From: Camelus ferus
Lineage: Eukaryota
Reading direction: 5' to 3'
Assembly: GCF_009834535.1 (NCBI RefSeq)
Contig: NC_045698.1
Location: forward strand, 6,016,001-6,080,000
DNA length: 64,000 nucleotides
This document shows positions 51,760 to 63,392 of the stretch, in pieces. The position numbers and the translations under genes are program-made. Under the pieces are notes generated by a model. That model worked only from the letters and a program-made list of their open reading frames with translations. It was not told where the DNA came from and made no database searches. Within the stretch, counting starts at the first letter, position 1, and every line of letters begins with the position of its first letter.

Positions 51760-53290
51760 TTCTCAAATCCCACGTGCATCAGTGCTCGCACCAAAGCTGC
51801 ATCTCCAGGGCTGGATAGTCACACTCAGATTTGTCGTCCTCAGCTAACGTTCAACACATGCAAAAACAGTTCACCATCTAACTCCTTCTCCTCCGCCTCT
51901 TCCCTTTTCCTAATGATACAGCTTAACCATCACCCTTGGATGAAGGCTTGTCCTCATTTTTTAAATTGCGGTCCTCATTTTTGATTTATCAATTTCCTTC
52001 ATCCCCTTGGGCCATCCAGCCACCAAACCTTTCCCCTTCCTCCCAGTGCACAGAAGTTAACATTTCAGACCTGAGATTTCTATCCTTAAGACAGACCTGC
52101 TTGCAAGGTTGGTTCTTGGCTGGAGTCTGGGAACTTGGCTGGTAAACAGTGCCCTACACTGATGTAAAACTTTTCCTAAAGGATACGAATGGCTCACTGT
52201 GCTTAGGCTGTTTGTACAAACAATAGGGTCTATGCCAAACAAGTCCTTTTCTCCTGGGAGCCAGGGCTTATACGTGGTAGGCAGAGAATGCCTACATGAC
52301 CAGCCCCTTACAAAAGCCCCGGACACTGAGTCTCTAGTGAGCTTCCCTGGTCGACAGTGCTTCCCACATGTTGTCCCAGCTCAGTGCTGGCGGAACTCAG
52401 CACGTCCTGTGCAACTTGGCTGGAGAGGACTGTTGAAAGCTTGAGCTGGGTTTCTTCCAGGCTTATCTCCCTGCACCTTTTCTCTTCACTCATCTCGCTT
52501 TGTTCCCTTTTGCTGCACTAAATCTCAGCTGTGACTTTAACTCTGGTCTGCTTCTCGGAGTCCTAGTGAATCACGGGACCGGGGAGTGGTCTTGGAGACC
52601 ACAGACACACTTACCCTCTAGTCATTCTGTTCCACTTTTTCCACTCCTCTTTAGATTTTTATTGTACTTCATGTATTTCTATTTTTAAGCCGAAATCCTA
52701 GCTTGCCTCCCTGGTGCTTGTCTTTCCACCCTCAAAGTCACTCTGAGGATTATTCTAATTGTTAAACGTAGACCATGCCTCTCTTCACGACCCCACGCCT
52801 CTCTTCTCGACCCCACTCCTGTTGTCTCAGCTCGGTCACTTTCTCCCTGGGGTTGTAGGGGTCTCTCAGTCGGCAACCATCGGCCTTTCATCTTGCCTAA
52901 TCCATCTTTCACACTTTTTCTAAAATAACCCTTGAAAGACATGAATATAATCATGGATAGGAGCTCCCATTTATAACACTACAGAGGCTCCCTGCATGGC
53001 AGTCCCCTGGTAGGTCTCAGGAGGCCCCAGGTCTCCAAGCTTATTGCTTCCTGACTCTGAACTTGTCCCATTACCCACCCATAGGTACCAGTCATGTCAA
53101 ACGTCTCCTTGTCTCCTGGACACACCAGCTGGTTTAATTGCCTCAGGTCACTGAAACATACTCCCTCCGAAAGGAGTGTTTCCCCCATGCACCTGCAACC
53201 GAATTTCCAAATCTTCACTCTATGAAGACTTTCTGGTTCCCCATTATCCTCAGGAAGATTTGACCATCTTCTGTGTGTTGTGGATCCACT
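51760..53290 (+). mobile_element. Fragmented L2 flanking a MER68 insertion
   Basis: Pyrimidine-rich L2 motifs on both sides of 52047-52609 (cagctaacgttcaacacatgcaaaa; cttgcctccctggtgcttgtc; tgtgttgtggatccactg). Confidence 0.5.
52047..52609 (+). mobile_element. MER68-like ERVL solo LTR
   Basis: TG...CA ends. Contains agttaacatttcagacctgaga, cctgcttgcaaggttgg, ggcagagaatgcctacatgaccagcccc, ctgagtctctagtgagcttccctggt and gtggtcttggagacc. Confidence 0.9.
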
Positions 53291-55324
53291 GCTGGCATTG
53301 CATCTATCTGCTATAAGACCCGTGTTTGTGCATGTGCGTGTGTACTCACGTGTGCAAGCACACATACATCCCTTCTCACAAGAAGACCGGATGCCCCGTA
53401 TCATGCTCATCCTGAGCCACTCCAGGCAGCTCAGCTACTGTCTGGATTAGGCACACAAGGATTACTGACGACTGAGTGGTTACGCTCACCTGCTTCATCA
53501 TAAAATTTCATTAATTCCCAGGAAAAAAGAAACTTGTTAGCAATTTCAGCAAGAATTAAAAATTAAAATAAAGCTGTGAAATAAAATATGTGTAATGTAG
53601 ACAAGAAATTATTTTCACTTCTTTTTGATATAGATATGTCCAGGCAAATATTGGGACATTATTTTCAATAGTCAGATAAATCAGGTAAATAATTCATATT
53701 TGTTTCAGATGAAGCTGTTTATGAGAGTGCTTTTATATTACCTTTCACTGTTTAAAGCAGGATCCCAAAATACATACCATAATTTATTTCTGTAGTGGAA
53801 CTGGAGTAAATCTACAATATTTGCAAGTAATTAAATATTGAGAGTAATAAAAAAAAAGGGCATGAATGATCCTGACATTTACACTTGTGTGATATCATAC
53901 ACATTTCATGAGGTGAAAGCATATTTTTAATTTAAAAAGAACAAGAAGATGCAAATTTAGACCAGTAAATAAAAATACACCAGAAATTTAAAGGAAGCAG
54001 TTTTCAACATATGGATATGAAAAATTGAATTAATATTATGAAAATAACAAAAATTTTGACTTTTGTTAAGTAAGCATAATAAAAGACAAACTTTTATTCA
54101 CCAACCTCCTGGTGAAAGAAAACTGAGTGAGGTGCTTTAACCGAATGTAACGTATGTTATTACATAGCATAGCGTTTTCCTCCCTGAGTACTGGGTGAAG
54201 GCTGGTAAGTATAGAGAGCTAAAAACATAACTGAGTTCATAAAGTAAGCATCTGAAAGAGTTTCACAATGTGGAAATAGATTAAGATCTGATAGTTACTG
54301 AAGTTCAGAATGTTATGATTACAGTAGATATTCAAAAATTTAATAGTGCTCTTCATGGCACCTACTGAATCCTTTTTAAAATATACACAGTACTTGCGTT
54401 ATGATTATTGACATAAATTTCAGTCTGATGAGTTCTAGCTAGAATCCTGACTCCACAGGCCTCTCAGCTACGGCACTGGACTGAGCTCACCAACGAGTTT
54501 CTCCAGAACAACCTTCATCTGATCAGTGGGTCGTGGTGTCTTGACTGTGGTTGGTGTCTTGATTCTGTTGTTCCATTCAGGATCCAAGTGGGATTCGGTT
54601 ATCACTTAGAAATTAGGGTGTAGAAGAGGTTGGAAAATGCAAAGGACCATGTATTTGCCATCTGTGCTCCAGGTTGGATACCTAGGTCATTTCTGGTATG
54701 TTTTATTTGTTGGTCCAAAATTGTACCTTCTATTTTAATTAAAAGAATTCTTTTGCCTTATGAAATGTGTATGAGATCACACCATATCTAGCAGAGCACA
54801 TGAAACAAGAACTTGAATAACAAACATTTATAGAATAGTAAATAAAATAACAAATAAACAATCAAAATTAACTTTAAAATGAGAGGAATGTTTTTGGCTA
54901 TATATGGGACCTCTGATAATAATTAAAGGAACTGGAGTTTCTCGAAAAGGGTCATAGCCAGCTCAAAATTTGCCAATAAAATTTTTCACCAAGACAATTC
55001 GAGTATTTTGATCTCAATGTCTTAGATTTCCATGTATTTCAGAGAGTACAAAAATAATCAAGTCATTCTATAATAAATCCAGAAAAAATATATAAATTGG
55101 GTTTAATTTTCTTTATTATTGAATTCATATTCTAACCTACAGGGATATCAATTTAATAAACTTACAATGAAATCATCATGTAATTTTTTTGTAACATTCA
55201 GAATCACTCTCTTTTTAAAGGAGGTATATATGTATAGACTTAAAAGCATAGACAAAATTAGGTTAGAAAATACTGAGAAAAAGTGTACTAAATAGCACCT
55301 TATAGACAGGAATTGAGTCTGAGT

Positions 55325-56830
55325 AAAAAATCAAAGGCAATTGGAGTGTTTTGAGCAGAGAATTTGCATGATGTCACTTATATTTTAAAGGATCACTCTA
55401 AGAAGTTGACAGCAGACTCTAGGGGGTCATGTTTGGAAACAAACACTGTTATTGTTGTTACATGAACTGTTTCAGTAATTCATGTATGAAATAATAGTGG
55501 TTTGAACCTGAGTGATAGCAGGAAAGGTGCTGAGAAGTGGTCATATCATAGCTGTATTGTGAAGACAGATCTGCCAAGGAACATTTCCCGACAGACCAGA
55601 CGTGGAGTGCTAGAGAAAAGCGGGGGGGTCAAAAGTGAATACCAGGGTTTTTTCTTGAGCAAGTGGAAAGATGGGGTTGCCAACAGAATTCGGGAAGGTG
55701 GGGCAAATATGGGGGATTGTTGAGTTCTGCTTTGTACACATTAAGGTTAAGGTGTGTATTAGGTATTCCAGGGGCGATACTGAGTAGGGAGTCAGTGACA
55801 TGATCCTGGGAGCTGGAGGGGGAGACGTGATCTAGTACATGGGTGGCATTTAAAGTCAAGAGAGTAGAGGAAATCGAGGAGGGATAAAAAACCAAAGAGA
55901 GCCGAGGACTTGGAGCCTTGAGTTTCTCCAACATGAAACATCAAGGAGAAAAGAGGAAACATTAAGAGACTGAAGGAGGAAACTAAGAGTGCAGGGTCCT
56001 CAAAGCCAGGTGAGCTAAGGATGAAGAAATGCTCAACTACGTCAAGTGCAGGTGAAAGTGTGAGGACTAAGAATCAACCCTTGGATTTCACAGCATGGAG
56101 GTTATTGCTGATTCCGGAGAACAGTTCTGGTGGAACAGTGGGGCAAAGCCTGCTTGGAGGGGGTTTAAAGGATACTAGGGACATAGGAACCCAGGGCAGC
56201 ATGTATAGAAAAACTCTTTACAGAAATGTTGTTATAATGAGGAGCAAGGAAAGGGGCAAAGTGTAATGAAGAGAATACTATTTTTTCAGGATAGGAGATG
56301 AAATGGCATGTTTGTGTGATAATGTGAATGATCCTGTGGAAAGAGAAACTTTGATGATGTGAGAAAGAGGGGAGGGGAGATGGATCCATTTTTGCTCTGG
56401 AGTACGTTGAGGAGATGAGAACAAACATCCCCATAGGTATCTGTGCTAGAAAGGACCTGCATATTTCATAATTGCAGTAGGAATCTGGGGTAGGTGGGTG
56501 TGGATGGTGGTTGATGAGTGTAATTGCTAGTGGGTGTCTGTGAAAGTCCTGTTTTTATCCGTGACGAGTCGTGGTCATCTGCTGCAGGTCAGGATGGGAA
56601 AGGAGAAGTGGAGGGCTGGAGGACAGAGCATAAGATATGAGACACTCACATAGGAGAGTGGGGGAGTAAATGGAAAAGAATATGCAGTGCGACCCCCAGG
56701 GGTCAGTGAGGGGTCAGTTGATGCTGATGATCACGAATTAGAGATTTTTATCCAGCGCTGATCAATCGCCCGGGTGCAGAGCTGAGCTGGCAGAAAGCCG
56801 GCAACCAAGCAGAGCAAAGCAAGAGGGGCA
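55325..56830 (-). mobile_element. L2 (L2a-like) long fragment
   Basis: ttttgagcagaga...ttttaaaggatcactct, gagaagtggtcatat, tgagttctgctttgtacacattaag and gaggactaagaatcaacccttggattt. Confidence 0.88.
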
Positions 56831-57299
56831 CAAGAATTTCAAAGGCGTGTGATGTAGTAAGAGTATAAGTATGCTCTCATAACCTACAAATATATTTTTA
56901 ATTTCATCTCTTATTTGTTTTACTTTTTTACCGTCACATATTTTGGTCTTTTCACAGTGGCATGTGTTCTTTTGGAAATGCCAAGCAGCTCTTAGAAATG
57001 TCTGTCCTCTTTAAGAGTTTATTTTCTGATGTATTAGCATTTTGTTGGACTTCAGTAGTTTCTCTGAAAACTGCTTTTCTTCACTGTCTTCCGTTATCCT
57101 AAAACAAGGCCTGATGTCTGCCCAGCCTCGGTCCATGTTCTCAGAAGGCACCTCGGATTGGTCCCTACAACATGGCTGTCAGCGAGATCCTCGTCTTCAG
57201 TCCACGGTAGAGCGAGACAGAAGGACGCTCACAACTCCCATTCTTACAGTACCATCTTTTTCACACACACTAGTGGTAGTGGTTACTGAATCCAACTGT

Positions 57300-57435
57300 A
57301 ACTAAGTGCTTTTTGATATTGTTTCAAAATTATGATTCCCATTTTCAGAGCTAAGAAAACTGCAGCTTAGAGTCATGAAGCCACGCTGATAACTGCTTAG
57401 AAAGTGCCTGCGTTACAGACGCTGGATTTAAACTT
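57300..57435 (-). mobile_element. MIR fragment
   Basis: attcccattttcagagctaagaaaactgcagcttagag...ctggatttaaact. Confidence 0.6.
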
Positions 57436-58779
57436 CCTTTTTGTTCTGTTGATGGCCAGATCATCTTAGCAACCATTCTTTAATGTTGTTTGCCTGCAGT
57501 TACACCTAAAGCGCCAGCCCTTTAAGTGGGTGCCGTGCACTGAGGTCTGTGCTTGCCACAGATTTCTTCTTCATGGGACCAAACTTTCAGCTCTTGGCCG
57601 GAGATAATGCACTTGGCACAACGTCCTAGGGATGCTTTCTTGTCCGAAGTCCTCTTAAACACTCTTATTCTTGTTTTCATTGAGTATCATATGCTCATTT
57701 ATCATTTCTTCCAAAATACTGAATAATGCTTTTTCATTATGTTAAAGGCTTCCTCATGTTTCAAACTATAAATCATTCCTTTCAACCTTATTGCCTTGAG
57801 GGAGAATATTTATTCTACTTTTTTGTTGTTGTTGATGCCAAATTAACAAGTTTTGAAATATAATGATGTCAGTTATTTTTACCCAAGTTTTTTGGACGTT
57901 TGAACATGTGGCTGTTTAGTGCATGGTTTTTCATTGTGTAGCATAATTTTGCAGTAAATCAAGGATGCTTTTGGCAAGATTATTACAGAAAAGTCAATGA
58001 GATTTTAAGATGTGTGTAGATGCCACTTGGTTCAAGTTTTTGTCCAATATTTTTAAATTTTGAGACGGATAAATGCTTAATTGGCACATCGTATCCAGAC
58101 ACAATGAATATAACAAAGCTGTAATTGAAATGTAAAATGAATGGAAGTGTTCTTTAATCTCATTAGGATTAAAATAGGAAAACAGTTTGCACATTTATTT
58201 CGAAGTTCTCTCATGTAAATTTTAAAATAATTTAAAAGTTTTCACTTAAAGAAGACTTTCCAAATCACAAATAAACTTCAAGATCACAATGGACTTTAAC
58301 TTTTTAAAAAGAAGTTTCATAGACATTTGTTTTGTTGTTGTTTGTTTCTTAGGTTTTTCTTTGAATGATGTTTCACTCTGCTTTATTTGTTACTCTCAGT
58401 TCCTGGATTCACAACCTCTATCTCAGGGGCCCTGAATCTCTGGAGCATGAGGATCTGAAGTGAAGACTGTGCATGCCATATGATCTCAATATGCTATGCA
58501 TGATGGTAAGAAGTTAAGGTCAAATGTTTAATCTTCATAAAATCAATTTAATACCACACAAGTTAGAAGAAATGAAATTTTATATGCTGCTCAAGATAAA
58601 ATTTCACAGTTCAATGTAACCCCTCATATCTACTAAAAATAGGTAAATAAACGAACATGTGTGTCTGTATTACCATTGTAATAGCATACCCATAGATGCA
58701 TACTCCACAGTGATTTACAATAATGGAAATTAGGTCCTATGGGGTTACTTGTTCTAATTATCTTTCTGGTCTAACAAAC

Positions 58780-59328
58780 TATTTTGTTATTCTCAGGGAT
58801 TCCGTGGCTCAGAAAGTCAGGAGGTCCATGGTAGGGCTGACACTTCTCTGCCTTAGATGACTGAGGCTGGGGACACAGCTGAGAAGAACTTCATGACCGG
58901 GAGATGGGACACTTGGCCAGAAACTCACTTCCAAGGTGGCTTCTGTGCCTAGACTACTAGGACCTGAAGGTTGTCACAACTGAGGACTTTTCCCCAAGGA
59001 TCCAGAAGCAGCCTCTCCACACGACTTGGGCTCCTCACAGCATCACAACTGAACTCCCGAGAAAGAGCATGTTCAGGTGGTGCCTCGGGCAGGAGAGCTT
59101 CCTGATGACACAAGTAGAGGTCACCTGCCTTTCTGACCTACGCTCAGAGGTCACAGTGTTGATTCCACTCGTGGGACACTGCTGGTAGCAGTAGACAAAA
59201 GCCCACTCAGATTCAAGGGAGAGGCACGCCTCCACCCCTTGCTGGGAAAAGTGACGAGGTCGCGAGGTACAAGAAGATGTGGGAAGGGCAACGATGCTGC
59301 AGCCACTCGGAAAATGCAGTCTGCAATA
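58780..59328 (-). mobile_element. MLT1H/G-like LTR
   Basis: cacttccaaggtggcttct, cttgggctcctcacagcat, cagaggtcacagtg, cccactcagattcaagggagagg and ggaaaatgcagtctgcaata. Confidence 0.82.
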
Positions 59329-60999
59329 ATCCTTGAGTAGTACTATCATTTGCTTCCATCTGCCGGTCCAGTCACACGTATACAGAATACACTCAAACAC
59401 CACATACAAACTCACGACTATGCAAACAACACAAATATGCTGAAATCTCCCGTGGGTCTTCTGATTCTGCTACTTGAAACCTGTTTTATACTTGAAATAC
59501 TTTATATGAATTATTTATAAGAAAATCCGTACTGAGTTATATTATGACAACAGTTTTCTTGACTATGTTAACAGCAAGTTTACAGCAAAGTGTAGTAATG
59601 AAGACGGAAGTCAGTGTCAGTGATCTTAGTTCCAGACAAAAAGTGGTGAGATAATTTTTTTAAGTGAAATGGAGCAAAATCAAAGGACTTGTACTGTTAT
59701 GCTAGGATCTTATTTTTTAAGTGTTAGGAGATAATTGGGGCAAATATAAGATATTTTGTAATATTGTTTTCTATATGCACTGTAGATTGATGTTATATCA
59801 AAAATGATCTATCATAAGGAAAAATACTCAATCAGCATGAGGTTTTGTCGATTTCCATGTGCATAAGTATGAAGAATGTCTTTGGGTACAGAGGCGTGTC
59901 TGCTGAGAGCAACTTGCTTTAGCTTAGCCTGCATTTTTTAGTTTACTACTATTTTAAAAAGAATTTTTAAAATAAAATATGTAACAAACATGAAATATAT
60001 GAAAACATACAGAATTCTACCATGCTGTGTACTTTTTTTTAGCTGAATGAAAATCCCTTCCCCTTTAGGAAAATTTTTGTAGATGAAGTGAATATATGCG
60101 TGTAATTAATTGGATTGCCAAATATAATTTATTTGCTAAAATAGATAAATTTATGCATTGATACTAAATAACTGTCCCTTAGATTATTGGATAAAGTAGT
60201 AGTCACATAGTACCTGCAACTGGCTTATTAAAATGTAGGGAGTAACAAAAGTTAAAAAAATTAACTATTTAATTAGGTACATTGCTGACACCTATGCCTG
60301 ATCAAAAATAATAAAATAATTTTTATAGAGGAATGGTTTATTATTTTTGGTCATAACATCTTTTATATTAGAGATAAAAATCCATGCAGATAACTACGTT
60401 ATTTAAAGAACATCTATCTTTTCAAACTAATTTGCAAATTGTCCACATAAGGCTCTGACCTCGTACTGCTTCTTTCAGACTGAATGGGGTCAAAAGTGAC
60501 TTGCTCCTCTCGCTCCTCATCGGCGCTTCACCGCTGTGTGAGCCGTCCTGTGGCATTACAGTTCACACGGCTGTCACTCCTCTTGTTTATTCATTGAGGA
60601 GAGCTTTCTTTCTCTGAACATCTTCCCAGCCCTCGTATTCAGCACCATCAATAACAATTGCCTATCAAAGATAGGAACATTCACTCAAATTTATAATTTG
60701 GTTAAATGAACAGAAGGATGAATGTTAGTTCACTTCTGAATCTGCTACAAAAAATGTTGTCAGATACTGGTTTTCCCAAAGTTTTTTTTTTTTTTTTTCC
60801 TGGTAAAATTGAACTTATTAATTTTATTAGAGTTATCCAATTAGATAACCCAATAAACACCATGTTTCCACCATTTCTTAACCTAGGCATGTACTGGGTG
60901 TCCAGGGAGAACTGCTTTATCAAGTCGCAGTGCTTCCAGGGCTTTCAGAACGAGGCAGTCCTTACCTTCCATTGGCAAGTGAGTGAGGCAAAGCTTGAA

Positions 61000-62157
61000 G
61001 TATGTCTACTACATTCACATTTTCCCGTCCACTGGACATTCATTACCATGCTATTCACACATTTGTTCACCCTGCTTTTTTGGACTTAATATATACAGCT
61101 GCTCACTCCAGAACAAGGTGTGCGTGGCCCCCAAGCTGTTCACAGACACAGAGCTCTCCGCTGGGAGGATGTACCATTGTTTACGCAACCAGGCTGCCAA
61201 ATATGGACATATTCTTAATCGTGTTTGCTATTACAAATAGTGCTGCAATAAACAGCTTTATCTTTAATATTCTGCCGGTGTCTCTTTGAGATAGATTATT
61301 TTTAAAAGGTGTTGAAGATCACATGCTAAATTGTGCTTTATTTTCAAATACCTCTCTGATGGATAAATACTCAGAAGTGGGATTACCAGATCATATAGTA
61401 GGGTTTTTGTTTTTGTTTTTGGGGAATTTTCATACTGTTTTCCACAGTGGCTGCACCATTTTACATTCGCACCAACAAAAGTGCAGAAGGGATCCAATTT
61501 CTCCACAATCTCATCCACACTTTTTTTTTTTTTTTTTTAAGCAGCCATCCTAACAGGTTGTAGCGTAAACCCTACCCAACCCTTGGGTTTTCTCTTTTCT
61601 TGTAGTGCCAGTGCCTGACTTCAGCTTTGATTGCCCTGGCATCTGCTTCAAAGACAGTTATCTCTAACAAACACATTCCCAGCCACATGACTAGGTGAAG
61701 ACTCAGGACTCCCCGCTAACTCCCCTCCCGCCGGCCCCTCTGTTTTAGAGATCTTCCTTAACTGACTGTAAGGGTCATTTGTTTTTAATCTTCCCATGCG
61801 TTCATTCCCACCCTTATACTGTAAATTCACCAATAAAGAGTGAGCCTCTGAGACTCCTAGCCCCCACCCTCAACCCCAGTAAAAGTGGAACCCCAGACGT
61901 CTCTCCCTCTCTCTACCAGATACCTCACTGCGTGGCCCCTGGTGTGCCCTGTAATTTCCAGGACCTGTGAGTAATAAAACGTTCTTTTCCCCCCAAACCT
62001 TCTTGATGGTTATTCCTGAAAGGGTCTTGCAATCATGATAAGAACCACAAGGGCCTGTCCAGCCACAACTCTGATTATTAATAATTTGAGACTGTCACAG
62101 AACACAGGTGTGAGGTGTTACCTCATTGTGGCTTTGAATTGCATTTCCCTGATAATT
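61000..62157 (-). mobile_element. L1 fragments (old L1M and L1MA/MB-type) split by an LTR
   Basis: catactgttttccacagtggctgcaccattttacattc...gccatcctaacaggt, then the LTR, then caggtgtgaggtgttacctcattgtggctttgaattgcatttccctg. The L1 is contiguous once the LTR is removed. Confidence 0.85.
61559..62104 (+). mobile_element. 546-bp solo LTR (family not recognised), TG...CA with 5-bp TSD
   Basis: TSD caggt at 61554-61558 and 62105-62109. CCAAT at 61830, TATA-like TAAAAG at 61880, AATAAA at 61973-61978. Confidence 0.88.
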
Positions 62158-62714
62158 CGTGGTGCCTACATGTTCCCTAATAAAGCTGCTAAAATAAAAA
62201 TAAATACAAATTATAAGCTGTATAAACACATTTTCAAAGGTATAAGACTTGGCTGGCAGGATTAAACTGGTGGACAGAACAAGGTATTAAATGGAGAACC
62301 TCTTGATTTTTTGCCATAGAAATTTCTAGCTGAGGGTTGGGCAGAGCATTCACCAGGCAAGGGGATTTTAGCAAGGGGCTTTAGAGTCTAATGTGTGTAA
62401 CCGTAAAGGCTCAGTTCCCATTTTTATTCTTAAGTAAAGAGCGTGGTATTTTCCTTCCTAATTTGTCAATGAAATTTCAGCACCTGTGGCTTCCCATGGA
62501 AACCCCTTATGGATTTTTTTCTGTTTCTGAACTTGTTTAGAAGCCACGGGTATATCTGCAGAGACTCAGAGCTGGAAGGGAAGTTATTAGTCAGTAAGTC
62601 AAGAAGTATGACCAGTCTCTTCAAAGGAGAAAGTAGCAGTCTAGATGTTTTTGCAGTTTGCCGAGTTACAGGCTATGGATTTATGGAATAGAAATACGTC
62701 ACTGGAGTTCAAAA

Positions 62715-62918
62715 CAGTCGTCCCTCGGTATGCGGGGCCCGGAGAGGGGCAGTCCCAGGAGCCACCCCACCCCACCCCTGCACTCCCAGCCCTCGGTCCT
62801 ACATATCCGTGGGTTTCTATCCGAGGTTTCCACCAACCACAGGTCAAAATTTCTAAATTTACACCCCCAGTTGTTAAAATCCACAGATCTGAAATCCTTG
62901 GATGCAGAGGGCTGATTG
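62715..62918. mobile_element. MER2/Tigger2-type MITE
   Basis: Termini cagtcgtccctcggtat...atgcagagggctgattg followed by TA. Confidence 0.8.
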
Positions 62919-63392
62919 TATTTAAACAAAACACAGGGAGAGATGGTTTCATGAGCCAGCATTTAAGAGATAATAAGAGCCTAACAGCAACAACAAAATA
63001 CACCAGCTAAGGAGGACTCGGTGCTACATGTTGGTGATTGCCTGGTGGATCCAGTCAGTGGTTTTCCCTACCACTTGGAAAATAATCTTACTAAATCTGG
63101 TTAGGGGATAATATGAGCATCTCATTTGTCTCAGAGAAATTTTTCAAGAAATAAACCAACATGCTTTAACATTATTGCAATAAGTGAAGTAAATCAGACA
63201 GCTTTGACCATGAGTGTTTCCCATGATTTTTTTTTAACGTTTATTTACTTTTTAATCATTAAATACTTTGCCCTGGAAATAAATGTGTGTGTGTCTATGT
63301 CTGTACAATTTACTATATATGCTATTATTTATAGTTTTTATTCTCATTTGTGCATAAAGAGTTAAACCTTGTATTCAATACAATCATGATTT

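Noticed and set aside
58420..58760. Possible DNA-transposon fragment left of the MLT1H LTR
   Set aside because: I could not assign a family or find terminal repeats, so it is left unannotated.
60533..60571. Small hairpin gctgtgtgag...ttcacacggc as a pre-miRNA
   Set aside because: About 40 nt with a bulged short stem; too small, and no known miRNA recognised.
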